From Sphaeroforma arctica JP610 (Eukaryota): DNA of 53,537 bases. Location of the stretch: contig NW_014040510.1 of assembly GCF_001186125.1 (NCBI RefSeq), positions 1 through 53,537 of the forward strand. The letters run 5' to 3'. Both the position numbers and the translations under genes were made by a program. This document shows, piece after piece, positions 13,674 to 26,429 of the stretch (position 1 is the first letter of the stretch; each line of letters opens with the position of its first letter). The notes under the pieces were generated by a model. That model was not told the origin of the DNA and searched no databases. It was given only the letters and a program-made list of their open reading frames with translations.

Positions 13674-16625
13674 TTAACTCCTTTCTTTTTCTTCGTCCAC
13701 CGTGGTACTGATGGTTTCTTTCACCTCCCTCACATGCAGTTCCTCGCCGAGTTCGAAACCGCTCATATACCCAAACAGCAGGTGTATAGCTAATACACCG
13801 CAGAATAAGTAACCCGCCATCCAGAACATAGGTTTGAAACCGTACTTTTCCGCTGCCCAGCCTCCCACAAGCGCACCAGTCCCCGCACCCAAACACCTCA
13901 GAGTGGTTTGCACAATTGTCATGGTCGCCGTTCCCCACCCTGGAGGAGATATCTGCAAAAGGATAGAGCATAATTTGCGTTTATCGTCTGCGTTGATACT
14001 CATTGCGTGTCGTAACTATTATTGCAAGTGAATCGAGCGAAGTATTGACGAAAACTGCCATGTATTTGAAATACAGATCAATATGGTAGGGATTGATACA
14101 GAAGTATACAGTAACGACAACTAGCGATTTGAGCTCCAAATTAATATGGTAGCGATTTATACGGCAGTGTACAGTGAAGCGTTCTGCATCGTTTTTGGAC
14201 TATGACACCGGTAGGAGCATAATTAGATTCGCTGGATGCTGACATTTAAGGAATTATAGCTACAAAAAGAGGCACTTCATACATACCTGAGATACTATGC
14301 TGATTGTAGCTGTCCACATCAATCCAAAGGTTATCCCGTGCATGAGCTCCAACAACAGCACGTAGTGGACTGTCTCCGTGGTCAGATATGTGTACCCAAA
14401 CATGCGCACAATAAATGCGCACATTGATATCGTCATCATGGTCTGTGGTGGATAATGTGGATCGATTTCAGACTTGAAACCTATGCAAATACAATATACT
14501 CGCGCTTTGATTGTTCAAATACTTTGTGTGGAGGCTCTACACATGCTAGCAAGTTACAATCGTCGATAAAAACTACTCCACTATACTGAAAATGAGAACT
14601 ACCCGTTATGTTCAACTGTTGATTGGGATCATGCCTAATACCTTGTCGGCTTGTCAATGCTTCTTTCACCGTGACAGACCAAAAAACATACCTGAGGACC
14701 AATCCGTTGCAGTACATATTTGCCATAGTAGAAAATAGGCAGCTCCATGAGGACAGTGCAGCCCACAGTCAATCCACACAGAAATTTAGAAGCATTAAAG
14801 GATTGCATGAGATACACGAACAGCAATCTGTCCACAATCCCAAAGCCACACCCAAACACAGTCAGCAGAAGGAGTAAGCATAGGACCCTCGGCCGTGTCA
14901 TTGCTTTGATAAGGACAGACATCTGTATATCAAATTGGGTGAAATGATTGTTTAGGAGCTCACTAAATTATACAGATCCGACAGAGTATTATGGCTATCC
15001 GGGAGAGTAGTTTATACCAGAGCGCTGGCTGAATCCGCTCCCAAGCTTTTCACTTTCAACCACCCTCGATATGCACGAGACCATGTGTGGTCGTATGCGA
15101 GACAACTGTTGACAATTGAAAGGTTAAAAAATCATGCGTGATTCTTGAACATACCCGAGGTTTCCCTTCAGCGGTGCGACCAACTCTCTTTTCTTCGTCA
15201 GTATGACTAGGTACAAAGACCGCTAGCACGCACAGGTTGATGAATTGAAATATCCCGAACACCCAAAAGACCACACCGAACCCGTAGTCATCTGAGTATG
15301 TAAAAATGAGGTGTAAATTTGTTTGGCAAAAAGTAGAGATATTCTGTGGTAGCTGGACAAATATCTGTCTAACTCAGCTTTTCTGTGCTCCAAAATACGC
15401 CACCCCCATGAGTATTACTTTGAACTAGGACCGTGTTAGCATATGTATGTGTGTTAAAAATTCTTCCCTATATGATATTGGTTGTCGTGTATGTACGCTT
15501 CGGTGATGTGCGCCCCATATACTAAAAACTAGAAAACTCAACGAACTGAAATCTCATATGGCTCATAGAACCATGCACTTACCGGAAATATAGCCCATGA
15601 AACAGGTTCCTAATCCCCATGAGATAGCTAAATACACTCGCAGCTTTCCGTAGTCATCCAGTTTTCCCCTTTTTTTCAGTTCATCGATCGCATATGCATC
15701 CAGTATACCCCCACTTACAAAGGCGGCCTCCATGCACGCCACCAGTGTGATCTTCACATACGAATCACTTATCCAATCATTTGAGAGACTGAGAATGCAT
15801 AAGGTTGCTAACGTGCTCGTAGCCATGTAGATTCCCTTTCGATTCTGCAGATCAGCAGACATGCACACACAAAATCGAATAATATTTTAGCGTTAATAAA
15901 AGAATGATCATATATCTGTTCGGTGTTTGAAAGCGGCATGCTAATGACACCTACTAGCACAGTTAAATGATTTGGACGTGGGAACTTACTATAATATACA
16001 ATACAATCTCGGGCCATTATTATTCAGACCATGATTTGACCGACATAGTAGGTTTATATATGAAAAATCCCTGCTATTTCTATACTCGCCTATATATCTG
16101 TGTGTATGTGTAAGCTTGTCGCCCCAATTACAGCTACGCATATAAATTAAATTGAATACATTCGCGAGAAGCAGATATCACAACGCATATATATCAGAGC
16201 TGCTATGCCACTATGGCTTCATCAGTAAGTACATTCATCTGGTCTGAACAGCACTGCTTGGTGCACCCAAAAAAATGATATCGTTCGCATCACTGCCCAT
16301 TGATACATACCCGACATCTATCGCTGAGAATTCCCCATAACGGCTGACCGATGGTTTGTATGAAAGGACATATGCATCCAATGAACCCAATTTCAAATGG
16401 ACTCAGTCCCTTTGTCACGTAGAATATAGTCGCATAACGTCCCCAAGTCGATCCCGAGAGACCTGATAGAAAGTAAAGTATTTTGACAATCACAACTATC
16501 GACTTCGGTCGCTGTTCATCTCGATTAGCTTCGGAGTCTAAAATGTTAAGTGGCACTGAAGCCATCAGAGGTTCACGTTCCCTATCGCCACTCATCGCAT
16601 TGTTCCTGTGCGCTACAGACCCCAT
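13674..16625 (-). CDS. Major facilitator superfamily transporter (MFSD6/MFS_1-like), 6 exons, about 459 aa
   Basis: Exons 16625-16311, 15844-15583, 15291-15155, 14922-14692, 14442-14287, 13952-13674 (1380 nt, GT-AG). Motifs GLSPFEIG, QPLWGILSDR, YGKLRVYLAISWG, ELPIFYY, ELMHGITFGLMW. Start codon uncertain (in-frame ATGs up to 16673). Confidence 0.88.
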
Positions 16626-16868
16626 CCTCAAATAATGGTAGTGGCTTGGGAAAGATGCATTATTCATATACATACATATTTATAAATTCTCTAATAAATC
16701 ACGTGGGATATTAAGCCGGTGATTGTACGAGATTAACAAAAATAAATATCACTGATGGCAAAGATTAGCTTTGTACGCACTTAAAAAGCTCACACTTTCG
16801 ATCTTTCTAGTGTACAGACTCTAGCGTACATACCAATATTCGTGATATACGTTATGATAAATCCGCAT

Positions 16869-17266
16869 ATGCTTGTGGGCAGACCACTCGGCCTTTGGGA
16901 CTACTGGGCCATGAACATGGCCTTCTTTGCGATGTTTGCGAGTCCGATTGTGAAAGAGGTAAGAATGCTGAGTGTACTATCGGACCGTCGTGTGGAGAAA
17001 TGCAGATAGTTTTGTCCTAATAGAGATGAACACGTCGATAAATTTCTTTCATGGCCAATTAATACGTTGCATGATAGTGCAGGGTGTTCTTTTGGACTTG
17101 CGCACAACCGACGTGAGAGAGACGTCACGTCTAAATATTCAGATTTGGTATCTATTTCGAAACCAAGTATTAACATCAGTACGTAGTTGGGCGAATGTGG
17201 TGTTATACTGAGGACTATATCATACTGATAACAATCGAAAATGGCACAGTAGATCTACATATCTGC

Positions 17267-17324
<58 letters not shown>

Positions 17325-17623
17325 NNNNNNNNNNNNNNNNNNNNNNNNNNNNNNNNNNNNNNNNNNNNNNNNNNNNNNNNNNNNNNNNNNNNNNNNNNNN
17401 NNNNNNNNNNNNNNNNNNNNNNNNNNNNNNNNNNNNNNNNNNNNNNNNNNNNNNNNNNNNNNNNNNNNNNNNNNNNNNNNNNNNNNNNNNNNNNNNNNNN
17501 NNNNNNNNNNNNNNNNNNNNNNNNNNNNNNNNNNNNNNNNNNNNNNNNNNNNNNNNNNNNNNNNNNNNNNNNNNNNNNNNNNNNNNNNNNNNNNNNNNNN
17601 NNNNNNNNNNNNNNNNNNNNNNN

Positions 17624-17658
<35 letters not shown>

Positions 17659-17701
17659 CGTGTGTAGTATTATTATATATGTGTATATGTATATGTATAT
17701 G

Positions 17702-17750
<49 letters not shown>

Positions 17751-17754
17751 TTGT

Positions 17755-17785
<31 letters not shown>

Positions 17786-20700
17786 TTATTCTTCATGTGT
17801 TTTTCATTGATGTGAACCTATGATAGATATTTGAATTTTTTAAATTCATGCTTCACATATCTATAGTTTTCTTTATATTCGAGTTTTAGTGTATTATATA
17901 TATATATACCTTTTGTGTGTGTGTTTGTATTTATAGATATATACAAGTCTATTGGTTCCGTGCATTGACTTCTCGGGTATTAGAATGGTTGGAACTAAAT
18001 GCAATTCTGTAACCCGATGCTTTTCCCAAATTTTTTACGTACAAAGTGATTATCAGCAAATATAAAAGTACACATACGTATAGAAATTAGCAACTCACAA
18101 TCATGGCGGCTGTGTAGTGTACTCACAAACCTGCAAGCTGAGTGATATTCTTTCGTGGTCATGTGCCCGTATCTTTATCCGCGTTTTAAAGTACTCTAAA
18201 ATAATACGATTGAATGAACTCTCATCGTAGATGTACAGTAATTCGGATCCCCATCTTATGTGGGTAACAGAGCTACGGCTTTCTGTCGTCTTGATTGGTC
18301 AGCTAGTCATCATCATGTACGTGTTTTACGCCGCGACGCTAGTATCAGCAGGCCACGTCAGGTTTCTCATCACTTTGCCAGGCCTGTGTGGACTAGGTGA
18401 GGAATCCGATTTGGGTCACTGAATTCGCTGTAGCTGTTTGTTGCGCCTTAAGCGCTAATCTAATCTGCACAACGTTTCGCACGCGTGTATATTCATTTCG
18501 TCCTTAGCGTGCATATTATAAGGCTAGATATCCCCAAACTCACATAAATGTTCTTATTTGTGAGTATAGTGTAATTCACAGCAAAGTCGCAAAGTTCAGA
18601 TACATGTATATGGTGTAGGGTGTGCGAACGGATCACAACTGCATTGCGATAGTCCCAAATCTAGCTACATGGATAATCCGTACATTTCTTAATGTATCGT
18701 ACCCACTCTGAGATGACATTTTGACATGCGCAAATGACTCATTCACCGTCACTGGTCTCCCGTTGTAGACTTGCCACTCTGGAGACACCATGGTATCATA
18801 TCAAGTCGCGATCGACTGCTGCTGTGATTTTAAATATTGCAAGCTTTTCCCCAAATATATTTCTTGAATTTGTTTTCCGTTCAAGCTCGTATCAATGCGC
18901 TCTAGGTCCGGCCTTGGCGCTTACCCATCTTGGCTCGCTGCACAACCATACAATGTTATTTCACCTCACGATTCGCGTTCAACGGGCCAGGCGTAGGCCA
19001 CCACAGATCTGTTGAGCTTACTTTCTTATTTTTGCATTCGTTTTCAACTGCAGTGGCGCTCACACCACTGTTCATCAGGAGAGATGAGGTTGTATACTTC
19101 CTAGCATACTCCTTATCAGTGGGTTTCATCAGTAGTCTGCGTGTTTTGGGCTTCGCATATGGCCACGGCCCATTGGCGCCGCTCGGTGTGCCCAACAATG
19201 GTCTGGCTTTCTACGCCACCGCCGCTCTGCCTATCAATATCGTGAGCACTTCAGCCAAAGTACCTGAAGAGACTGTAGAAGATGTAAGCCCGGTAAAGGT
19301 TAAAGACAATACCACCACAGCTCGAGCTCCTCTGAAAGGGACAACGGAGAGTGAGGACGCCATACCTGAAGTCGATGTCGATGCCATACGTAAGGTGTGT
19401 GTACAATTAAAGTCGCTCGTGAGTGGCTTGACTGCCTTGTCTATAATCGGGCGCTAACATTACCTTCATATGGATTATTCTATTTTAACATCTGCACCGA
19501 TTCGTTGGTGGCTTGATCAGATGATCCACACGCGGCTACTGCTCTACGATCTGCAGGTTTTGACCGATTGTTCATGCTACTTTACACAGGCCCCATCAAG
19601 ATTACCCAGCACAACGTCGCAATTGGCGCACTGTGGAATAAAGGCAGCCGTCGCCTACAGCATGACGCAGTTTGCGCCTGATGATATCATTCCTGTTTTA
19701 TTTAGACAGGAAGTCCTGCCGCCGTACAAGCTTCTGATCGTTTGTTTGTGGTTCTCCGCTGTAAGCGACGCATTGGGACTGGTAGCTTCTCGATTGTTCA
19801 ACATCACGGTCGGACCGAGCTTCGATAGGCCCTACATAATAACCTCGTTACGCGATTTCTGGGGAAGACGCTGGTGTTTACCCGTAGCGCAAACATTACG
19901 AACTACAGGTATGAGTCATCTATATATGAGCCGTACTTGCATGTGTCGGCTAGCGAATACGGGTCTATATGGATGCGTGTATATGCTCTCGATTTGTCTC
20001 TCCTTCAAGAAAATCTACGTGGAACGTATATTATATCCCATGTGAGTTAGCAACTTGGTACGCTCGCATATTATTCAAAAAATCGCAATACCCTTGGCAC
20101 TATATGGCCGTACTTGACTACACTGTATTAAAACACCTCAGCATATTTCTTTCGATATTATATGAAGTGAATTGTTTCCGCAGCATAGCGTTGCCCAGCC
20201 ATTTTTTCGATTTATGCAGTTCCGCCTTGTGCTCGCTCATGCTTACGCTGCTACTCGCATGCCTTGAGTGCGCAACACCTGCTTCAAATGCTTCTTTTAC
20301 GTGTATTGTGCGTACATTTCTATTCAATCTTATGCTCTCAAACACTGTCGCTGGACACTAATATGATCAAGTACATGAACGATGTTGACAAGTATTACAA
20401 TTTTCGAAAATTTGTTTCCCTCCTGCAGTCTACGAACCTATTGTCCAAGTGCTACAAGCCCTTATGGGCTTGTCAATAGCCAAGCATATCGCCAGGTGCA
20501 TTGTGTTTTGCGTCACCGGCGTGGTTGGAGAGATGCTCTACCGACTCGTATGGGAACGAGAGTATGCCTACCTGTTGTTCTTTATGTTGCAGGGCCTGCT
20601 TGTGGCTGTCGAAGAAATATCTCGCAAGTAGGTGTACTGTATATGAGTGTGTATTGCGTTCGGTCGCTCAATCCAGACAACCGCTCTATTTGCTAGGTGC

Positions 20701-20887
20701 CACTTTCTCAGATGAGTTTACACGCCTTACACGCCTGACTGAACAATCTCATGGTTCCACGCCTGCCTCTGAACTATCTCATTGTTTACTTTGCAGTTTT
20801 GGTCGCGATGAGGCAAACTCCTGGGCTACGGGGTCAATGGCCTTCTTAAAACTATACTATACGGCACGATACACAGTCTTCGCTTAA
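16869..20887 (+). CDS. Membrane-bound O-acyltransferase (MBOAT, wax-synthase-like) protein
   Basis: Proposed exons 16869-16958, 18231-18396, 19054-19394, 19590-19908, 20429-20627, 20797-20887 keep frame. Motifs GHGPL, PSFDRPYIITSLRDFWGRRW, LRTTVYEPI, FFMLQG. First and last exons are less certain (first intron spans an N gap; a stop at 20631 is an alternative end). Confidence 0.8.
17268..17785. repeat. (TG)n/(TA)n microsatellites flanking an N gap (17325-17623)
   Basis: Seen directly. Confidence 0.95.
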
Positions 20888-21707
20888 TTCTCAACTAGTA
20901 AGGCGACGGCTTCTCATGAATTGGTAGTTGCTTTGTTTGTCGGTTTGTAACAGATCAAGCAAAGAAATAAAATAGATGACATTCCACCTCTCCTACTTGC
21001 CTACAAGAGTAAGCAATAAACGACTAGACAGCTGAAGTCTGAAGGTCGAACATAGGATACTGCTTAGTATTGAGTTCGAGCTCGTGCAAGTAAACCAATA
21101 CACACCGGTATGAGCATACAGTACTATGAAGACCTAGTCATTTGCAAGTACATTTGCGACCCAGTCATTTGTAGCTACATTTGCGACCAGCATAGAGCAA
21201 TATTAAATATACAGAGCGATGACTTCAATAAACCGCTATGGTGTACCATTACAACCCAACCTCAGAATGTTCCATAAGGCAGTTTATAATTAACCAATTG
21301 AGCAACAAACACATAACCGCGAGACGAGTGCACACATGAAATGGCAGACAGAATTAAGTTTTACACTCAAAGGTGATGGCATCACAAAGGATCATGAAAC
21401 AAACACCACTCAAACGTTGATGCTTGCATAGTAGACTTCCGAACCATACTTGATACCCACGGTATATTTTCAATCGTAAAAAGTTAACAGTTCCACTTAT
21501 CATCGTTGCGGAGCGTTTTAATCCTATTTTTTCTCGACTAAAGAGTCCCAAAGCAACACCTCGCGTGCAAATCGCCCAAATACCAGGCAGGCGCACTTCT
21601 AGAATAATATTTACAGGGTGTGAGTGCAAGTCCATAATCAAGTCACACATGCACCGCGGCCCTTGACAGGCATGTCCCGGTACATACGTCATTCGACACG
21701 ACATAAT

Positions 21708-22420
21708 TTAAAGCTGTCCACAATCGGCAACAACAATCTTGGCAGAGGTCTTTCCGCTGTCTGATCCATATCCTTCGATCTTCTGGACAACATCCATACC
21801 CTCAGTAACGCTTCCGAAAACAACGTGCTTGCCATCCAACCACGCAGTCTTAACGGTGCACAGGAAAAACTGACTTCCGTTGGTACCGGGTCCGGCGTTA
21901 GCCATGGACAGGATTCCAGGTCCGGTGTGCTTTAACTCAAAGTTCTCATCAGCGAACTTGGCTCCGTAGATGGACTTACCGCCGGTACCGTTTCCGGCGG
22001 TGAAGTCACCACCCTGGCACATGAAGTTCTTGATAACTCTGTGGAAACTGGATCCCTTGAATCCGAAACCTGTCATAGAAAATAAATAGAACAATATAGT
22101 TGTTGAGTACAACAGATCAATTTACTTGTCAATTATGGGTAGAGTCAACAACCAGCAAGCGTCGTAGTACAATAACAACTAGTATTCAAAAGCAGTTGGT
22201 GTGTGGTATGACCAGCGAAGTTCTAGCACTCATAAGCACCGCGGACAACGGACGTACTGGCGTGCCTCCAGACGAATATTAACATACCCTTCTCGCCGGT
22301 GCACAATGCACGGAAGTTCTCAGCGGTCTTGGGTACTACATCAGCACGAAGAGTCATGACAATGCGGCCAAGGGCAGCACCGTTTGCGGTGATATCGAAG
22401 AAAACTCTGGGGTTGCTCAT
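21708..22420 (-). CDS. PPIA: Cytosolic cyclophilin-A-type peptidyl-prolyl isomerase (2 exons, 164 aa)
   Basis: Exons 22420-22288 and 22069-21708. [69 protein letters not shown]. Confidence 0.97.
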
Positions 22421-23775
22421 GATGATTAATAGATTGTGTATGTATCGAATACTGAGATTTTAGTTCCAGTGTTAGTTTGTTTATATTTTATTTTAGTTTA
22501 CATCTATTATCTGCATTACTGCAGAGCGCCGTGGGAAAAAGTACCGAACACCATACTCGTCTTAAATTCACAAGTCAGAAGCATACGACAAACGCGCCAA
22601 AAGATATAAATGTCTGAAAATAGGAAAAGGTCACGCTTTACCTACAGTAGGCGTCTATTCGCGAACGATTTGAAGAAAACTGTAAAAACGTAAACGAAAA
22701 GATGATCACTTTTTTTATAGCCTTCTAAATTGAAACACTTTTTTGTAGTTTTTGTATTTATTTATTTATATATTTATTTTTATTTTCTATTTTTTTTATA
22801 AAACATTAAGGAATGATTTTTCTAAATCGGAAATACTTTTTACTATTTTTTTAAATACTTTCCATAGTTTGTTTTTTAAAGAAGTGCAAATGTAGGAACT
22901 ATGTATTTAGTGTACAATTTGTTATCAGTTGGCTTACTTGTGGCTATGGTAAATACAACAATTGAACAATGTTGTATTTAAATATTTATGGAAGTACACT
23001 TGTACAGTACATACAAATTTACTCATTTATTTAAATAGCGACAGTCCCACAAGTGGCCAACACTCCCAAGGCTCCATCATCAAAAATAAATAGAATAACA
23101 CAGAATTGCCTAATATGTAAATCAAACCTTTGGCGCGCTTTGAGGTAGCCGTGTGGCCTGTGGCTTTGGCTACCTGTAAGACTGTGAGGCCTGTGCAATT
23201 GTGGGCTGTGAACGCCTGCGGCCTACCATAGTCCATGGGGCGTGCAGGCCACAAATTATTATTTTTGTAGGCGAAAGTCGAGTAAACGTAATCCGCATCG
23301 CAAATCCCATACTGAATTGCATTAGAATGCATATAGTGTGTCAGGCTGTGAGTGATGATGTGCGAATCTAATCTTAGCATAGTAGGCCGCGTCACTTAGT
23401 ATCACGAATATCTTACTGTTTTAAAGCTGCTATTATCACAGGTTGACACCAACTGTTCTTATGTAGACGTGTGTGTATGTATCGATAATCAATTATATCT
23501 GCGAAGCCATATCCCTCGAAATAAGAGCTTTGATCTGTCGTAATTCTAAGCACACACGGACTTTAATGAGCTCTCGTGACAGTGTAAGCGATGGTGCCGC
23601 TAGCAAGGGATGGTTAACAATCGATGCCGGTGTTCGACAATGAGCGACTAATTCATGTTCCCATTTGTAGACTTGCTTTGTTATATGTGGTTTGTACTTG
23701 TCGAATACGAAATTTCATGTCTCCCGTCATAGGCCCAATAATTGATCTCGCGACACTGGCCAGATTAGTAGTAAG

Positions 23776-23837
23776 TTAGGTGAATGACTGAACCAACCAG
23801 CCTAGTACTAGGCTGATTGGTTCAGTGATTCGCCTAA
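23776..23837. repeat. Near-perfect 62-bp palindrome (hairpin/MITE-like)
   Basis: ttaggtgaatgactgaaccaaccagcctagt|actaggctgattggttcagtgattcgcctaa; a related shorter copy lies at 29582-29621. Confidence 0.85.
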
Positions 23838-24799
23838 TCATTGAAAGTTATACTTCACTACTAGTGTGCATCAAGCTGCATTCAAGATTGTCTCATTAGC
23901 GTCTAAATACTGTCGTATACGGTGTCGTACTTTCTTGGCTAGCTCTAACAAGTCGGGAGCCAGTAGATAAATGAGATAAAACCATAGCACTTTACTCACT
24001 AGATTAATAAACAGGGTCTGAGGCTATGCCAGAATGAACAAATCTTCTTTAGCAAAGTGCGCGCCAATAATTATTGGCTGTAAAATACTGATAATAATTA
24101 TTGCTAATGTGTATATAAACACACATAGGTAGTTCATTTGCACGTGTGTGCATATAAGTATCCGTTTAGTAATTGAAGTTGCAGACCTGCTTGGGTTGAA
24201 TCGCCCAATATTAGTGTACTGTTATACCTAGCTGGTGTGAGCAAGCTACATCACACTGCACATAGTTTCATGCACACAACACACACGCTACAGATATTTT
24301 CTCGATCAAACTATCAAACTTTATTCCTTGATGAATGGGCAAGCTTCAAAAGATTGATGACAGTATTTGATGCTTATAGGGTGAACGGTAAGCTAGTAAA
24401 TGGCAAGCGCACTCAAAATAAGGATCTAAGAGCATATCAGGGTGTGGTCGTCTGTGCATGTCTGATGCATGTAGTTGATGCATTTATTTATTTTGTTTTT
24501 GCTAGCAAGTCTATAATAGTGTGTGTGTGCACCTCGCGTAGCTTTACTGATTAATATTTTGAAATGATAAAAATTTAACAATAGAAATGAACCTGGTGTT
24601 AACAGACGTCTCCAAGGCGTGTTATGATACTTGTGTATGTTGACCTGATACATGTAGTTGATGCATGAAAAAAATGTTTTGCTAGTACGTTTGTAGTAGC
24701 GTGTATGTACTTCGAATTACTATATTGATTAATATTTTAATATGTCCATTCAGAACAAGAGAAATTTTCCAGGATTGGGCGTCACCAAAGTGTGTTGTA

Positions 24800-25900
24800 A
24801 GGATGATGTAGCGTTGTTTTTTTTAATGTTGAAATAGCAGAGATGCTGATGCTCTTATGTACGGATAAAGATTTTGCCTACATGGTATCACCGACGGAGA
24901 TAGAGAAACAACTGCTTACGCTACAACTACAGGATCACATAGATTTTATATGAGCGTACAATGGTGCAATCGTTGTTGAATCGTACTTGACAACAAATGG
25001 TGTAGCATGTATCGCCAGTGTATTTTACAATCGTAATTTTAAGAGGATATGGGTAGTTAGTCTTTTGGACAAGACTGAATTCCAGTGCGATGAGTCGGAA
25101 TCAAAGTTCCTAACGGTTTATCAGATGCAATTTTTACGTGCTGTATTTGTCTTCGGATTTGGCAATACAGTGCTCATGACTGCTTTACTACTTTAGAGCG
25201 ATTATACAGTTCGTACCAGTACAGTATGACAGTACAGAGATTTTGCCCTTGGCTTGCATGATATCGAACAGACAAAGAAGGGCAAGTCACTGTCGGTTCT
25301 GCGTTTGTGTATAAGTAGAAAGCTGTACCTGAAAGAGCGAAAGAGATACATAGGTGTGACTTGAATATGACAAAGTTTCTGTTCTTCTGTCAGCCCGCTT
25401 TGTTTTGTTTTATGAGTCAATCGCTGTGTGGATGCATACGACGGCCTGATAGATATCTATCTGCGGTGAAGATGTAATAACTATTGAATATGAGATAGAC
25501 CATATGTAAAGTACACTGACTCCAGCACAGCGAGAAATGATCAGCGTAACAGACAGACAGTGTTATGGAAGAGTATTTTTTTTAGCATTATACATTAGAC
25601 TGGTATAGTCAACGAAGTTATCGGCTTGAAACACAGACGTGTGGAGTTCGCGCATTGGATTGGCACCGATTGTGCAATCTAGCATATTCTCTTGTATACT
25701 AAACTCTACACTTCAACTGTATAGTATGTTATACTAAAGAGGTATTGTTACACCACAACGATTTGAACCCAGATTACTTAGGCACCAACTTACACACAGA
25801 AAATGCAGTACTAAATAATTGTCTATCCCCGAAGTACCTACTTCTTTACTGGTAGCTGCAATGACATTACACTTAATGCATGTAATCAAGATGTCATCGA
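24800..25900 (+). pseudogene. Decayed SWIM-finger plus YqaJ-like nuclease ORF (putative ISL2EU second ORF)
   Basis: Reconstructed across frameshifts: RIWVV..C-I-C-x-GFGNT-C-S..TALLL (about 25142-25193), WMHTT-PD...ITIEY (about 25430-25490), EVIGLKHRRVEFAHW (about 25615-25658). Boundaries approximate. Confidence 0.45.
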
Positions 25901-26429
25901 GAAGGTGGTCGTTAATAGTAGCATTATCAAAGTATATTTTGGTACAGCTTTTTATACACCCCGACAAACTAAGGAACAATATCATCGTTCCATCGTCGAC
26001 TTGGTAACTGGCTATGTGAAGCTGAACGACGTTTTACAGAGAAAGCATCACATGTTGATGTACATCAAGGGCGAGGTTTCGCGCAGTTACCGGCACGACA
26101 AGATGATCATTATATGCGTAGCGATAATCGATAAGGGTAAATCAACAAAGTCGTGGTTTGTGGACAACGTTCAAGATGCGAGCTGTTTGTTGCCACCAGA
26201 TAAACAGAAACGTATTGCCACTTATGATAAAGAAGAAGAAACAAAGGTGTTTGGAGTGAGCCCATGTCTCAACCATTCATAGGGATAATATTATTTATTT
26301 CAAAAGAGACAAGTTACAAGTGAAATTAACAAGGGGGTTCAGTGAGCATCCATGCTGCGGGCAAGAACTTATGGCACTCGTTCATGTGTGCAGAACAGCT
26401 AAAGTAGCATAAACAAGTTGTTAATAGAA

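Noticed and set aside
23030..23400. GC-richer island with ggcc/tgtg motifs as a possible MITE
   Set aside because: No convincing terminal inverted repeats or TSD found.
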